Virus record (IMG/VR): IMGVR_UViG_3300029362_000002
Source of the DNA: a virus
DNA: 64,000 nt
Strand: one strand, 5' to 3'
Below the pieces are notes generated by a model. That model did not search any database and was not told the origin of the DNA. It saw only the letters and a program-made list of their open reading frames with translations. Shown piece by piece: positions 39,260 to 46,742 of the stretch; position 1 is the stretch's first letter, and the number at the start of each line of letters is the position of its first letter. A program made the position numbers and the translations under genes.

Positions 39260-39430
39260 ATGGCAAATGTGATTATCCAGGACGAAAGAAGACAGGCAGA
39301 CATCGAGTATGTTGCCAAGAAGTACGGAATCGACACCAACAACCCGGCAATGAGAGAAGCTGCAGAAGTAACTGCGGTCAGAAGCCGTGAAGCAATGGAA
39401 ATGGGAAGAACACAGAGGAGGTATTACTGA
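39260..39430 (+). CDS. Hypothetical 56-aa protein
   Basis: The ATG at 39260 follows GAGAGGAGG. Below the ORF-track size cut-off. Confidence 0.4.
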   Translation: MANVIIQDERRQADIEYVAKKYGIDTNNPAMREAAEVTAVRSREAMEMGRTQRRYY

Positions 39431-39795
39431 TGAAGATTACACATTTACCGGAAGACGGAAAGAATTTCATTCCTTACGAGGTATCTGGAAAAACGATCGA
39501 CTTTGACGATGGAGAGCTGATGTTCAATGTCTCAAAGAAAGAGCGTGACTATGAGGTTGTGATCGATATTTGCGAAGACTACACCGGTGGACTGGTGATG
39601 GGAGCCGATGCAGGCGACAAGTATGTTGCACAGATCATTATTCCTGCAAGGGAATATACAGAAGTAGAAAAAGAAAATCCGAACTATGATCCAGAGAATG
39701 AAGAGGGAACCGAACAGCCTACTATCAAAGAGTTGAAGCCGGTTCCTTTTTCTATGGATCGTTGCGAACTGAGATTATGGGAAAGAGAGGTCTAA
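39430..39795 (+). CDS. Hypothetical tail fibre-associated protein
   Basis: ATGA-type overlap with the upstream ORF. Confidence 0.45.
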   Translation: MKITHLPEDGKNFIPYEVSGKTIDFDDGELMFNVSKKERDYEVVIDICEDYTGGLVMGADAGDKYVAQIIIPAREYTEVEKENPNYDPENEEGTEQPTIKELKPVPFSMDRCELRLWEREV

Positions 39796-39798
39796 ATC

Positions 39799-40845
39799 AT
39801 GGCAAATTTTGATGATATGAAGCTGGCAGTCGAGGCACTGTCCGGAGGAAAGAACACAGTTTTACTGGATGATCGTGGGATGCCGTCCATCATGGTTGCG
39901 TTTCCAAAATTCAAAATCTCAGATGTAATTGCCGGAGGAAGTGAGAACATCCATCCGGCATTTTCCGTAGGTGGTGCGGAAAAAGATGTTGTGTATGTCT
40001 CCAAATTCCAGAACATTGTAATGAATGACAGAGCATATTCACTTCCGTTTAAGGACCCGAAGACCGGCGTGAACTTCGACCAGTCCGTCAACTACTGCAG
40101 AAACAAAGGAACTGGATGGGGCCTGATGCCGTATTCCTTATGGAGCGCTATCGCTCTGTGGTGTAGAAAGAACGGCACTATGCCAAGAGGTAACAATAAC
40201 TACGGCAGCGATCACGGATACCCACACGAGAAAGGAACACCGACTTACTACGATAGTAATAAGATCGCTCGTGTAGCAACCGGTTCTGGTCCTGATACAT
40301 GGAGCCACAACTGGATGCCGGACGGAATCTTCGATCTGAATGGAAATGTATGGGAGTGGTGCGCTGGCATGAGACTTGTTGATGGCGAAATCCAGATTAT
40401 TCCGTATGCGAACAGCATGATTTTGACAACCAGTATGGCGGCTGGCTCTACAGAATGGAAAGCAATCGCAGCTGACGGTTCGCTGGTGGCTCCTGGCACT
40501 GCTGGTACTTTGAAATGGGATGTTGTTTCTGGAAAGATTCAGCTTACCAAAGGAACTATCACGCCGAAAGACACAGGAAACTGGCTGCCATATAACAATA
40601 TGACACTTGGCGAAGGACTTACAGCAGCTCCGGAGTTGGCAAAAGCTCTCCTCCTGTATCCGGATGAGCCAAACGGAGATTACGGTGGAGATTACCATGG
40701 AGTAAATACTTCCGGAGAGCGTTTGCCGCGCTGCGGGGGCAGCTGGAACTACACTTCCCGTGCTGGCGTGTTCAACGTGCACCTGGTCAGCCCTCGGACT
40801 AGCGCCGACGGCTACCTCGGTTTCCGCTCCGCTTTTGTAAACTGA
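39799..40845 (+). CDS. DGR variable protein 1: fibre-tip receptor-binding candidate with an FGE-sulfatase/C-type-lectin-like fold
   Basis: The last 38 codons are VR1. GNVWEW and GFRS motifs typical of CLec-fold DGR targets. Follows the fibre genes. Confidence 0.85.
   Translation: MANFDDMKLAVEALSGGKNTVLLDDRGMPSIMVAFPKFKISDVIAGGSENIHPAFSVGGAEKDVVYVSKFQNIVMNDRAYSLPFKDPKTGVNFDQSVNYCRNKGTGWGLMPYSLWSAIALWCRKNGTMPRGNNNYGSDHGYPHEKGTPTYYDSNKIARVATGSGPDTWSHNWMPDGIFDLNGNVWEWCAGMRLVDGEIQIIPYANSMILTTSMAAGSTEWKAIAADGSLVAPGTAGTLKWDVVSGKIQLTKGTITPKDTGNWLPYNNMTLGEGLTAAPELAKALLLYPDEPNGDYGGDYHGVNTSGERLPRCGGSWNYTSRAGVFNVHLVSPRTSADGYLGFRSAFVN
40722..40835 (+). repeat. DGR variable region VR1
   Basis: A 114-nt match to TR 41371-41484. 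I counted 13 A-to-N differences plus one T-to-G at the 5' edge (40730). Confidence 0.9.
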
Positions 40846-40861
40846 GGACTGTAAACTGATT

Positions 40862-40879
40862 GCCGCCTGGGAAGGCGGC
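40862..40879 (+). promoter_or_regulatory. GC hairpin downstream of VR1 (DGR target-recognition hairpin candidate)
   Basis: GCCGCC-TGGGAA-GGCGGC lies 26 nt after the end of VR1 and follows two TGTAAACTGA direct repeats. Confidence 0.6.
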
Positions 40880-40903
40880 GTTTGTGGTGAAAGGAGAAAG
40901 AAT

Positions 40904-41335
40904 GTGGCAGAACAGAGATCCGACAATATGACAGCAGAGATGGAAGAGGAAGGACTAACGATATTACAGAAAATTGAAGATATGGAAGTGTACGCCCTCC
41001 CTCTCATCGAAAGATGGTCCATTGCACACCAGAAATTATTAGGTGACGATATAGCTCATTGTATGAACAGAATGTCGCAGCTGGCGTCGGCATTAACGGT
41101 TGCATACTACAAGAAAACTTCCATCAGCGAACTGGATGAAATGAACAAAGCACTCCAGTCTCACATCAGAGTAGCCTATCGCCTGGGATATTTGAAAGGA
41201 AAATCTTCCAGGAGTGAATGGGAAGGCCGTTCTGCAGAGATCGGAAGAATGATTGGAAAATATAAAGAATGGGTATACGGCGATCAAAAATCGTCACAAC
41301 AGAATAAAAGTGCAAAATCAAGGTACAGCCGGTAA
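40904..41335 (+). CDS. avd: DGR accessory variability determinant (Avd-like four-helix-bundle protein)
   Basis: 143-aa helical basic protein between target and TR. The C-terminal AEIGRMIGKYKEWV resembles the bAvd C-terminus. GTG start 6 nt after AGGAG. Confidence 0.65.
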   Translation: MAEQRSDNMTAEMEEEGLTILQKIEDMEVYALPLIERWSIAHQKLLGDDIAHCMNRMSQLASALTVAYYKKTSISELDEMNKALQSHIRVAYRLGYLKGKSSRSEWEGRSAEIGRMIGKYKEWVYGDQKSSQQNKSAKSRYSR

Positions 41336-41370
41336 TGATCCGGTTGTGCCGCCGGGAATAGGCTATTTCG

Positions 41371-41484
41371 TTTGCCGATCTGCGGGGGCAACTGGAACAA
41401 CACTTCCAATGCTGGCGTGTTCAACGTGAACCTGAACAACCCTCGGACTAACGCCAACGGCAACATCGGTTTCCGCTCCGCTTT
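41371..41484 (+). repeat. DGR template region (TR)
   Basis: Adenine-rich copy of VR1 and VR2. Read in the VR frame it gives runs of AAC/AAT codons (NWNNTSN..NVNLNN..NANGNI). The 3' 18 nt contain no adenine and are identical to both VRs. Confidence 0.9.
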
Positions 41485-41711
41485 ACTCTCATATGCCAGA
41501 ACCGGTCAGTTCAAGGACTGCCGGCAGTGCGAGAGATTTAAAGGAGTCTATTTCCGCTCCGACCGTGTGGAAGGAGAAAAATGGTTCTACTCGTGCGTGG
41601 GTAGAGCCGTCCCTGTGGAGACACACAAAGCAGGAGACACCTATGGAGGCCGCAAGTAGCGAGAGTGAAAGCTGCCACACATAGTCAAATACAAAGGAGC
41701 GATAACGCAAC

Positions 41712-42932
41712 ATGAAGATTAAGAATGTTTTTGATCTTATCTTCTCCATGGAAAATCTGTATGGAGCCTTAGAAGATGCTTCAGATCAAAGGAGATATAA
41801 CAAGGATGTAATGCTCTTCAATTTCAACGCCTGGGATAATTTGAAAGAGATTAGAGATTCTGTTTACGATGGGACGTATACCATAGACAAATATTATATT
41901 TTCTATGTGTATGAACCGAAGAAAAGGATGATAATGTCCATCAAATTTAAACACAGAGTTGTTCAATGGGCGATATACAGAGTTATCAATCCTATGCTGA
42001 TTAAGGGATATATCAAGGATTCTTACGGATGTATCCCGGAAAGAGGACCACTGACCGCTATGTTTCGGCTTAAATACTGGTTGGAACAGGTGAACCGTAA
42101 GGATGAGCAGTGGTATTACTTAAAACTAGATATAAGCAAATATTTTTACCGGATATCGCATCGGATACTAAAGAAAATACTTGCAAAGAAAATTAAGGAC
42201 CAGCGGTTGCTGAAATTGCTGGAATCAATTATAGATTGCAAACATACACCGTTTGGATTGCCGCCAGGACGTTCACCAGGGGAAGTACCTTTGGAAGAAC
42301 GTCTTTTTGATGTCGGAATGCCTATCGGAAATCTGCTATCACAGGTGTTTGCGAATGTGTATTTGGACGCACTGGATCAGTTCTGCAAGAGGGAATTGCA
42401 AATTCATTGTTATGTCCGATACATGGATGATGTGATTATTCTCAGTAGTAGCAAGGCACAGCTCCAGGAATGGAAAGTCAGAATTGCTTCTTTTCTGGAA
42501 ACGGAGTTGGAACTGCAGCTAAACAATAAAACTTGTATCCGGCCAATAAATCAAGGCATTGAATTTGTCGGATACAGGGTATGGCCTGACAAAGTGGTAC
42601 TCAGGAAGAAAACAACACTTCACATCAAGAGAGTTTTGAAGGCAAAGAAAGAAGCGTACAGAGTGAAGGAAATTTCTTTTAAGCAGGCAACAGACACACT
42701 GCAGAGTTACTTGGGAATGATGAAATATTGTGACTGCGATGCATTGAAGGAGAAGATTCTGGATGATTTTGTCCTGACGCACGCAGACATGAAACAAATT
42801 TACGAGGAAGGAGGGGATCGGGATGAGAACTACTATCGCAGAGGTGATGGATGGTCAGTCGAAGATTATCCAGTTACAGACGAAACTTATAGACCGGCTG
42901 GCACTTGCATTACTGCAGCATGGAACTATTGA
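41712..42932 (+). CDS. DGR reverse transcriptase
   Basis: YVRYMDDVII (YxDD box), KLDISKYF, and the DGR-type PIGNLLSQ motif. Lies 227 nt downstream of TR. Confidence 0.9.
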   Translation: MKIKNVFDLIFSMENLYGALEDASDQRRYNKDVMLFNFNAWDNLKEIRDSVYDGTYTIDKYYIFYVYEPKKRMIMSIKFKHRVVQWAIYRVINPMLIKGYIKDSYGCIPERGPLTAMFRLKYWLEQVNRKDEQWYYLKLDISKYFYRISHRILKKILAKKIKDQRLLKLLESIIDCKHTPFGLPPGRSPGEVPLEERLFDVGMPIGNLLSQVFANVYLDALDQFCKRELQIHCYVRYMDDVIILSSSKAQLQEWKVRIASFLETELELQLNNKTCIRPINQGIEFVGYRVWPDKVVLRKKTTLHIKRVLKAKKEAYRVKEISFKQATDTLQSYLGMMKYCDCDALKEKILDDFVLTHADMKQIYEEGGDRDENYYRRGDGWSVEDYPVTDETYRPAGTCITAAWNY

Positions 42933-42993
42933 GGATAAGGAACTGGCAATGATTAAAGAAGCAGCGGATCTGCAGAAAGGACTGGAAGAATGA
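42823..42993 (+). CDS. Hypothetical 56-aa helical protein overlapping the RT 3' end
   Basis: The ATG at 42823 lies about 10 nt after AGGAGG. Overlaps the non-conserved C-terminal tail of the RT by 110 nt. Confidence 0.3.
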   Translation: MRTTIAEVMDGQSKIIQLQTKLIDRLALALLQHGTIEDKELAMIKEAADLQKGLEE

Positions 42994-43073
42994 AACCTAA
43001 AAGCAGAATCAACCGGAGAGCCGGCCCGACAATACACGCACGCCATAAAAAGAAATGAGGAAGGAATACGAAA

Positions 43074-43628
43074 ATGGAGTATCTAATTAACCTAGTAGGA
43101 AATTATAGCATTGGCTGGGGCATTACTATAATTGCGGCGTTGGTATTCCTTGTTTTGTGTTATCGGAAAGTAGAGAGTTACTTTTCTGACAAGGTAATTC
43201 ACGAAAAGGAAAAAAACGAACAATTCAAAAAAGTTATGGATCAGGTAAATATGTACCCATCATGGCATCAGCAGAGCATAGAAATTCAGCAGCAGTTCAA
43301 TAAAAGTATTGCAGAGCTGAAAGAAGGCATGGATCAACACCAGAAGCAGCTGGAAAAGATTGAAGAGGACATTATCAGCAGAGAACGTAGCAAACTTCGA
43401 GACAGACTTCTGCAGTCGCATCGATATTTTACAAGTCCGGAAAAAAATCCGCTTCATGCATGGAGCGAAATGGAGGCAGATGCATTTTGGTCTATGTTTA
43501 AGGAATACGAAAATGCAAAAGGGAATGGACATATGCATACGGTTGTACAGCCCGAGATGAGAGCATTGGAAGTGATTCCGATGCACGAAGATGCCAAAAT
43601 TGCTGAACTGATGGGGAGCAGAAAGTAA
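43074..43628 (+). CDS. Membrane-anchored coiled-coil protein in the lysis cassette
   Basis: N-terminal TM helix (WGITIIAALVFLVLCY) followed by a coiled coil. Confidence 0.5.
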   Translation: MEYLINLVGNYSIGWGITIIAALVFLVLCYRKVESYFSDKVIHEKEKNEQFKKVMDQVNMYPSWHQQSIEIQQQFNKSIAELKEGMDQHQKQLEKIEEDIISRERSKLRDRLLQSHRYFTSPEKNPLHAWSEMEADAFWSMFKEYENAKGNGHMHTVVQPEMRALEVIPMHEDAKIAELMGSRK

Positions 43629-43663
43629 CCTGTAATAAAGGCCAATGGGAGGCTGTAGGTGAA

Positions 43664-43984
43664 ATGAAAAAAATTAAAAAAGTGGTTGCGGCCGTAAAGA
43701 AGGTCGGAACCTTAAACCTGGTACTGATTCTGGTCGGTGCCTTTTTTGTTTGGTTTAACTGGCAGATGATCCTGGTTTTCCGGGAATATGGAAGTATGCC
43801 GGAAACCTATGCCTGCGCTGTTGTGGCAGCAACAATAGGTGAGTGTGGAATCTGCGGCTGGATCCGGACGAATAAAGATAAGCGGCTGGATCGGAAATGG
43901 CAGAAAGAAGACGAAAAAGAAAGCCAAGAACAATATGTCCCCGACATAAATGTCGGTAACAAAAACGAGGAGGAAAACTTATGA
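43664..43984 (+). CDS. Two-TM membrane protein (holin-like or holin accessory)
   Basis: Two hydrophobic helices and a charged C-terminus. Confidence 0.5.
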   Translation: MKKIKKVVAAVKKVGTLNLVLILVGAFFVWFNWQMILVFREYGSMPETYACAVVAATIGECGICGWIRTNKDKRLDRKWQKEDEKESQEQYVPDINVGNKNEEENL

Positions 43985-44292
43985 GCTTAGAGATTTTTTT
44001 ACTGTTACTGCTGATCGTATCTATTTTTACAGGACTCTTCACAGAGGGAATCAAGAAATTGATGGATGAGGTAAACAAGAAATACCTCTCCAATTTCTTA
44101 GCCGGTTTCGTTGCAGTCGTACTGTCAGTTCTGGTAGATGCGGGATATATCATTCTGACGGAGGCACAGATCAATGCAAAGATGGCTGTATATTTAATCG
44201 CCCTGGTGTTGTTATCCTGGCTGGCATCAATGGTGGGATACGACAAGGTGATCCAGGCTATTACGCAGTGCAAGAAGTACAAAGAGGAGTAG
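43981..44292 (+). CDS. Holin (phi LC3/holin_4-like)
   Basis: Three hydrophobic segments, a GYDKVIQAITQ motif and a charged C-terminus; lies just upstream of the lysin. Confidence 0.65.
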   Translation: MSLEIFLLLLLIVSIFTGLFTEGIKKLMDEVNKKYLSNFLAGFVAVVLSVLVDAGYIILTEAQINAKMAVYLIALVLLSWLASMVGYDKVIQAITQCKKYKEE

Positions 44293-44294
44293 AC

Positions 44295-44447
44295 ATGGGG
44301 AATGTAGCAAAAATCGTAGTGGGGGTGCTTGCCATAGGCGGCACCTTTTTCATTCTGTTAATCAGAGAATTTGGGAAATTTATTGACGAAGTTTCACCCT
44401 ACAACTGGGGAGAAAGCGAGGTGCTGAAAGATGAGTATAAACGTTGA
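44295..44447 (+). CDS. Hypothetical 50-aa single-TM protein
   Basis: The ATG at 44295 follows AGAGGAG. Overlaps the lysin start. Confidence 0.35.
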   Translation: MGNVAKIVVGVLAIGGTFFILLIREFGKFIDEVSPYNWGESEVLKDEYKR

Positions 44448-46086
44448 GGCGGAGAAAAGAGCCTATAAGAAATTCAGACAGGCCGGCATGACTGCAGCTG
44501 GGGCTTGCGGCCTGATCGGAAACCTGGAAGCGGAGAGTGATGGTTTCTACACAAACCGGGTTGAATACCTGTGCCTTAAACGGCTGAAAGAAAAGGGAAA
44601 AGTCTATACCCATGCCACCTATACTGCAGCGATCGACAGCGGAAAGATCTCCTGCGAGGAGTTCTTACATCCGCTTTCCGGAAAACAGTACGGGTACGGA
44701 TTGGCCCAGTGGACAAGCCCTGGCAGAAAATCTGGTCTTTGGAATTTTGCCAAGCAGAGAGGCGTGTCCATTGCGGACGAAGATATGCAGCTGGATTTCT
44801 TACTGAAGGAACTGAGAGAAAGCTACAGCCCGGTTTTGGCTATTCTCAAATCAGCAACAACAATCCGGCAGGCATCCGATGTTGTTTTAAAGAAGTTTGA
44901 AATTCCGGCCAACACAGGGGAAAGCGTATGCGAAAGTAGAGCGGCAAGAGGCCAGAAATTCTATAACGATTATGCAAAGGAGGAAAAAATTGTGAGCGTG
45001 AAAATTAGTAATTGTGGACATGATGAAAATGGACGTTATGCAGGAGGCCAGGCGGGCGATCAGACTGGTACAGAGTATCAGATCATCAACTGGTACAACA
45101 GACCTTGGCTCTGTGTTTTACGATTTGAGGACCAGGAAGTAGCGGCACTGATTGCAGAGATGGCAACACAGGCCGCAAACAATAATATGATCGGCTATGA
45201 CCAGGGAACTGCAGGGAATAGTAATGATCGCTATACCTTCTGGGAGCAGCTGGCCGCAAATGGTTATGATCCATCAAAAATCAAAAAGCCATGCGAAACA
45301 GACTGCAGCCAGAGTACCGCAAGCATCGTGAAAGCAGTCGGATACCGTCTGAATAAGCCGAAGATGAAAGCAGTTAGCGTTTACTTGACTACATATAACA
45401 TGAGAAGCGCATTCAAGACAGCGGGAGCAAAGGTTCTCACCGATCAGAAATATCTGACAAGCGGTACATGCTTAAAGCCTGGAGATATCCTGCTGAATGA
45501 CAATCATCATGTGGCTATCGCAGTGAGTGGAGATGCCAGTTCCAATGCAACTCCGGCAAAGAAGAATTATTTGGAAAAGGGAGATACCGGATCAGAAGTA
45601 ACCGCGATGCAGAAAATGCTTATCAAAGTTGGATATTCTTGCGGAGCCGCAGGAGCTGACGGAGATTTCGGCTCTGACACTGATTCAGCTCTTCGCAAAT
45701 TTCAGAAAGACAATGGGCTGACGGTTGATGGACAGTATGGAACTAATTCCAAAGCCAAGCTGACCGCTCTGTACAACAAAAAGGTTGGAACCACCACATC
45801 CAACAAGAAAGACGTAACGACAGTAGCCAAAGAGGTGATTGCCGGTAAATGGGGTAGCGGAGATGAGCGGAAAAAGAAGCTGACTGCGGCCGGCTATAAT
45901 TATGACACTGTTCAGAAGAAGGTGAATGAGCTGCTGAAGACAAGAACAAAGAAATCCGTAGCTGAAGTTGCAAAGGAAGTCGTTTCCGGAAAATGGGGGA
46001 ACGGAGCCGATCGGAAGAAAAAACTGGAAGCAGCCGGTTACAATTATGCCGAAGTCCAGAAAGAAGTAAACAAGCTACTGAAATAA
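44431..46086 (+). CDS. Multidomain endolysin (lysozyme-like N-domain, second hydrolase-like domain, PG_binding_1-like domain, two CW_7 repeats)
   Basis: N-terminal CGLIGNLEAESDGF pattern. Central GHDENGRYAGGQAGDQTGTEY. GDTGSEVTAMQKML...DGDFG PG-binding motif. Two copies of VAKEVIxGKWGxGxxRKKKLxAAGYNYxxVQKxVNxLL. Confidence 0.8.
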   Translation: MSINVEAEKRAYKKFRQAGMTAAGACGLIGNLEAESDGFYTNRVEYLCLKRLKEKGKVYTHATYTAAIDSGKISCEEFLHPLSGKQYGYGLAQWTSPGRKSGLWNFAKQRGVSIADEDMQLDFLLKELRESYSPVLAILKSATTIRQASDVVLKKFEIPANTGESVCESRAARGQKFYNDYAKEEKIVSVKISNCGHDENGRYAGGQAGDQTGTEYQIINWYNRPWLCVLRFEDQEVAALIAEMATQAANNNMIGYDQGTAGNSNDRYTFWEQLAANGYDPSKIKKPCETDCSQSTASIVKAVGYRLNKPKMKAVSVYLTTYNMRSAFKTAGAKVLTDQKYLTSGTCLKPGDILLNDNHHVAIAVSGDASSNATPAKKNYLEKGDTGSEVTAMQKMLIKVGYSCGAAGADGDFGSDTDSALRKFQKDNGLTVDGQYGTNSKAKLTALYNKKVGTTTSNKKDVTTVAKEVIAGKWGSGDERKKKLTAAGYNYDTVQKKVNELLKTRTKKSVAEVAKEVVSGKWGNGADRKKKLEAAGYNYAEVQKEVNKLLK

Positions 46087-46146
46087 CAGCGGAGAAATGG
46101 TGCTTTTGAAGAGAGTCTGCACCTCTGAGAAAAATATATCACACAC

Positions 46147-46177
46147 GCCCTGGTCCTTCGGGACTGGGGCATTTTTT
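46147..46177 (+). terminator. Rho-independent terminator after the endolysin
   Basis: GCCCTGGTCC-TTCG-GGACTGGGGC followed by ATTTTTT. Confidence 0.7.
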
Positions 46178-46450
46178 ATTGCAAAATGCGGAACAAGTTA
46201 GAGGTAAAAATCAATATACAAAATAACTAAAATTTCAATGCTATTTTTGACGAAATGTGCCTGAGCAACGATAGAGATTTTTTCAATACCTAATATACCT
46301 AAAGGCAAAAATTCGGTATAGGGGCGTGTACGAGCGTATAGCCCTATATGCTTTTTTCGGGGAAATGCTTGTGGTTCCGGTAGATAATTTGTGAAAAATA
46401 TGATATTCTTAAAGAGCTGCCGAACCTCCAGCAGAAAGGAGGTGAAATCA

Positions 46451-46543
46451 TTGGATAAAATAATCGCCATTATTCTTGTCCCTGTCGCAGTAAATGTAAT
46501 TAGCTACTACATTTGCAAATGGCTGGACAGAAAAGACAAATAG
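46451..46543 (+). CDS. Type I toxin candidate (Fst/PepA1-like 30-aa hydrophobic peptide)
   Basis: The TTG start lies 8 nt after AAAGGAGGTGA. Peptide is MDKIIAIILVPVAVNVISYYICKWLDRKDK. An upstream ACCTCC (46424-46429) can pair with the GGAGGT of the RBS. Confidence 0.55.
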   Translation: MDKIIAIILVPVAVNVISYYICKWLDRKDK

Positions 46544-46584
46544 GCAGCATAGCAGCCTAAGGCATAAGCCACCTACATAACGGA

Positions 46585-46660
46585 ATAGAAAACCCCAGAG
46601 ATCTGATCCATCTCCGGGGTTTTCGTTTTGCTCATTGGATAATCGCCATTACCCTTAGCT
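46585..46660 (-). ncRNA. Candidate antitoxin sRNA, convergent with the toxin gene
   Basis: Minus-strand promoter TTGACT (46695-46690), 17-nt spacer, TATACT (46672-46667). The transcript would contain the complement of TCATTGGAT and AATCGCCATTA, which also occur across the toxin start codon (46448-46472), and would end at the shared terminator. Confidence 0.5.
46589..46623. terminator. Bidirectional terminator shared by the toxin mRNA and the convergent antisense RNA
   Basis: AAAACCCCAGAGAT-CTGATCC-ATCTCCGGGGTTTT, with A/T runs on both sides. Confidence 0.65.
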
Positions 46661-46724
46661 GTTTTCAGTATATGCGTATCAGACAAAAAAGTCAACCAGT
46701 AATTCCAATGTTCGTAAAATCGAG

Positions 46725-46742
46725 TTTTCCACATTATCCACA
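46725..46742 (+). promoter_or_regulatory. Two abutting DnaA-box-like 9-mers
   Basis: TTTTCCACA (8 of 9) directly followed by TTATCCACA (9 of 9 match to the consensus). An AT-rich stretch follows at 46790-46960. Confidence 0.4.

Larger units (their letters stand above)
39799..42932 (+). mobile_element. Diversity-generating retroelement cassette (target 1 with VR1, Avd, TR, RT)
   Basis: See the component features below. TR and VR1 differ almost only at TR adenines. Confidence 0.9.

Noticed and set aside
40138-41022. 294-aa minus-strand ORF
   Set aside because: It is antisense to the well-supported DGR target and Avd genes. It has no RBS, its composition is Ser/Ala/Cys-rich and low in complexity, and it spans an intergenic hairpin.
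41372-41659. 95-aa ORF beginning MPICGGNWNNTSNAGVFNVNLNN
   Set aside because: This is the DGR template region read in the VR frame, followed by spacer sequence. It has no RBS. TR functions as RNA, not as a protein-coding gene.
41712-42932. RT as part of a retron or group II intron
   Set aside because: A TR/VR pair with adenine-specific differences, an Avd-like gene and the IGxxxSQ motif all point to a DGR. I saw no intron-like flanking structure, maturase/endonuclease domains or msr/msd-like repeats.
46246-46356. Possible small RNA (weak TTGACG-17-GATAGA promoter, then hairpin ATAGGG...CCCTAT plus a T6 run at about 46320-46356)
   Set aside because: The promoter match is poor and the hairpin is branched and imperfect. 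The evidence is too weak to call without transcript data.
46198-46470. 90-aa minus-strand ORF in the post-lysin island
   Set aside because: The region is AT-rich and non-coding in appearance, and the ORF has no RBS. It overlaps the toxin RBS and start on the opposite strand. It is most likely a chance ORF.
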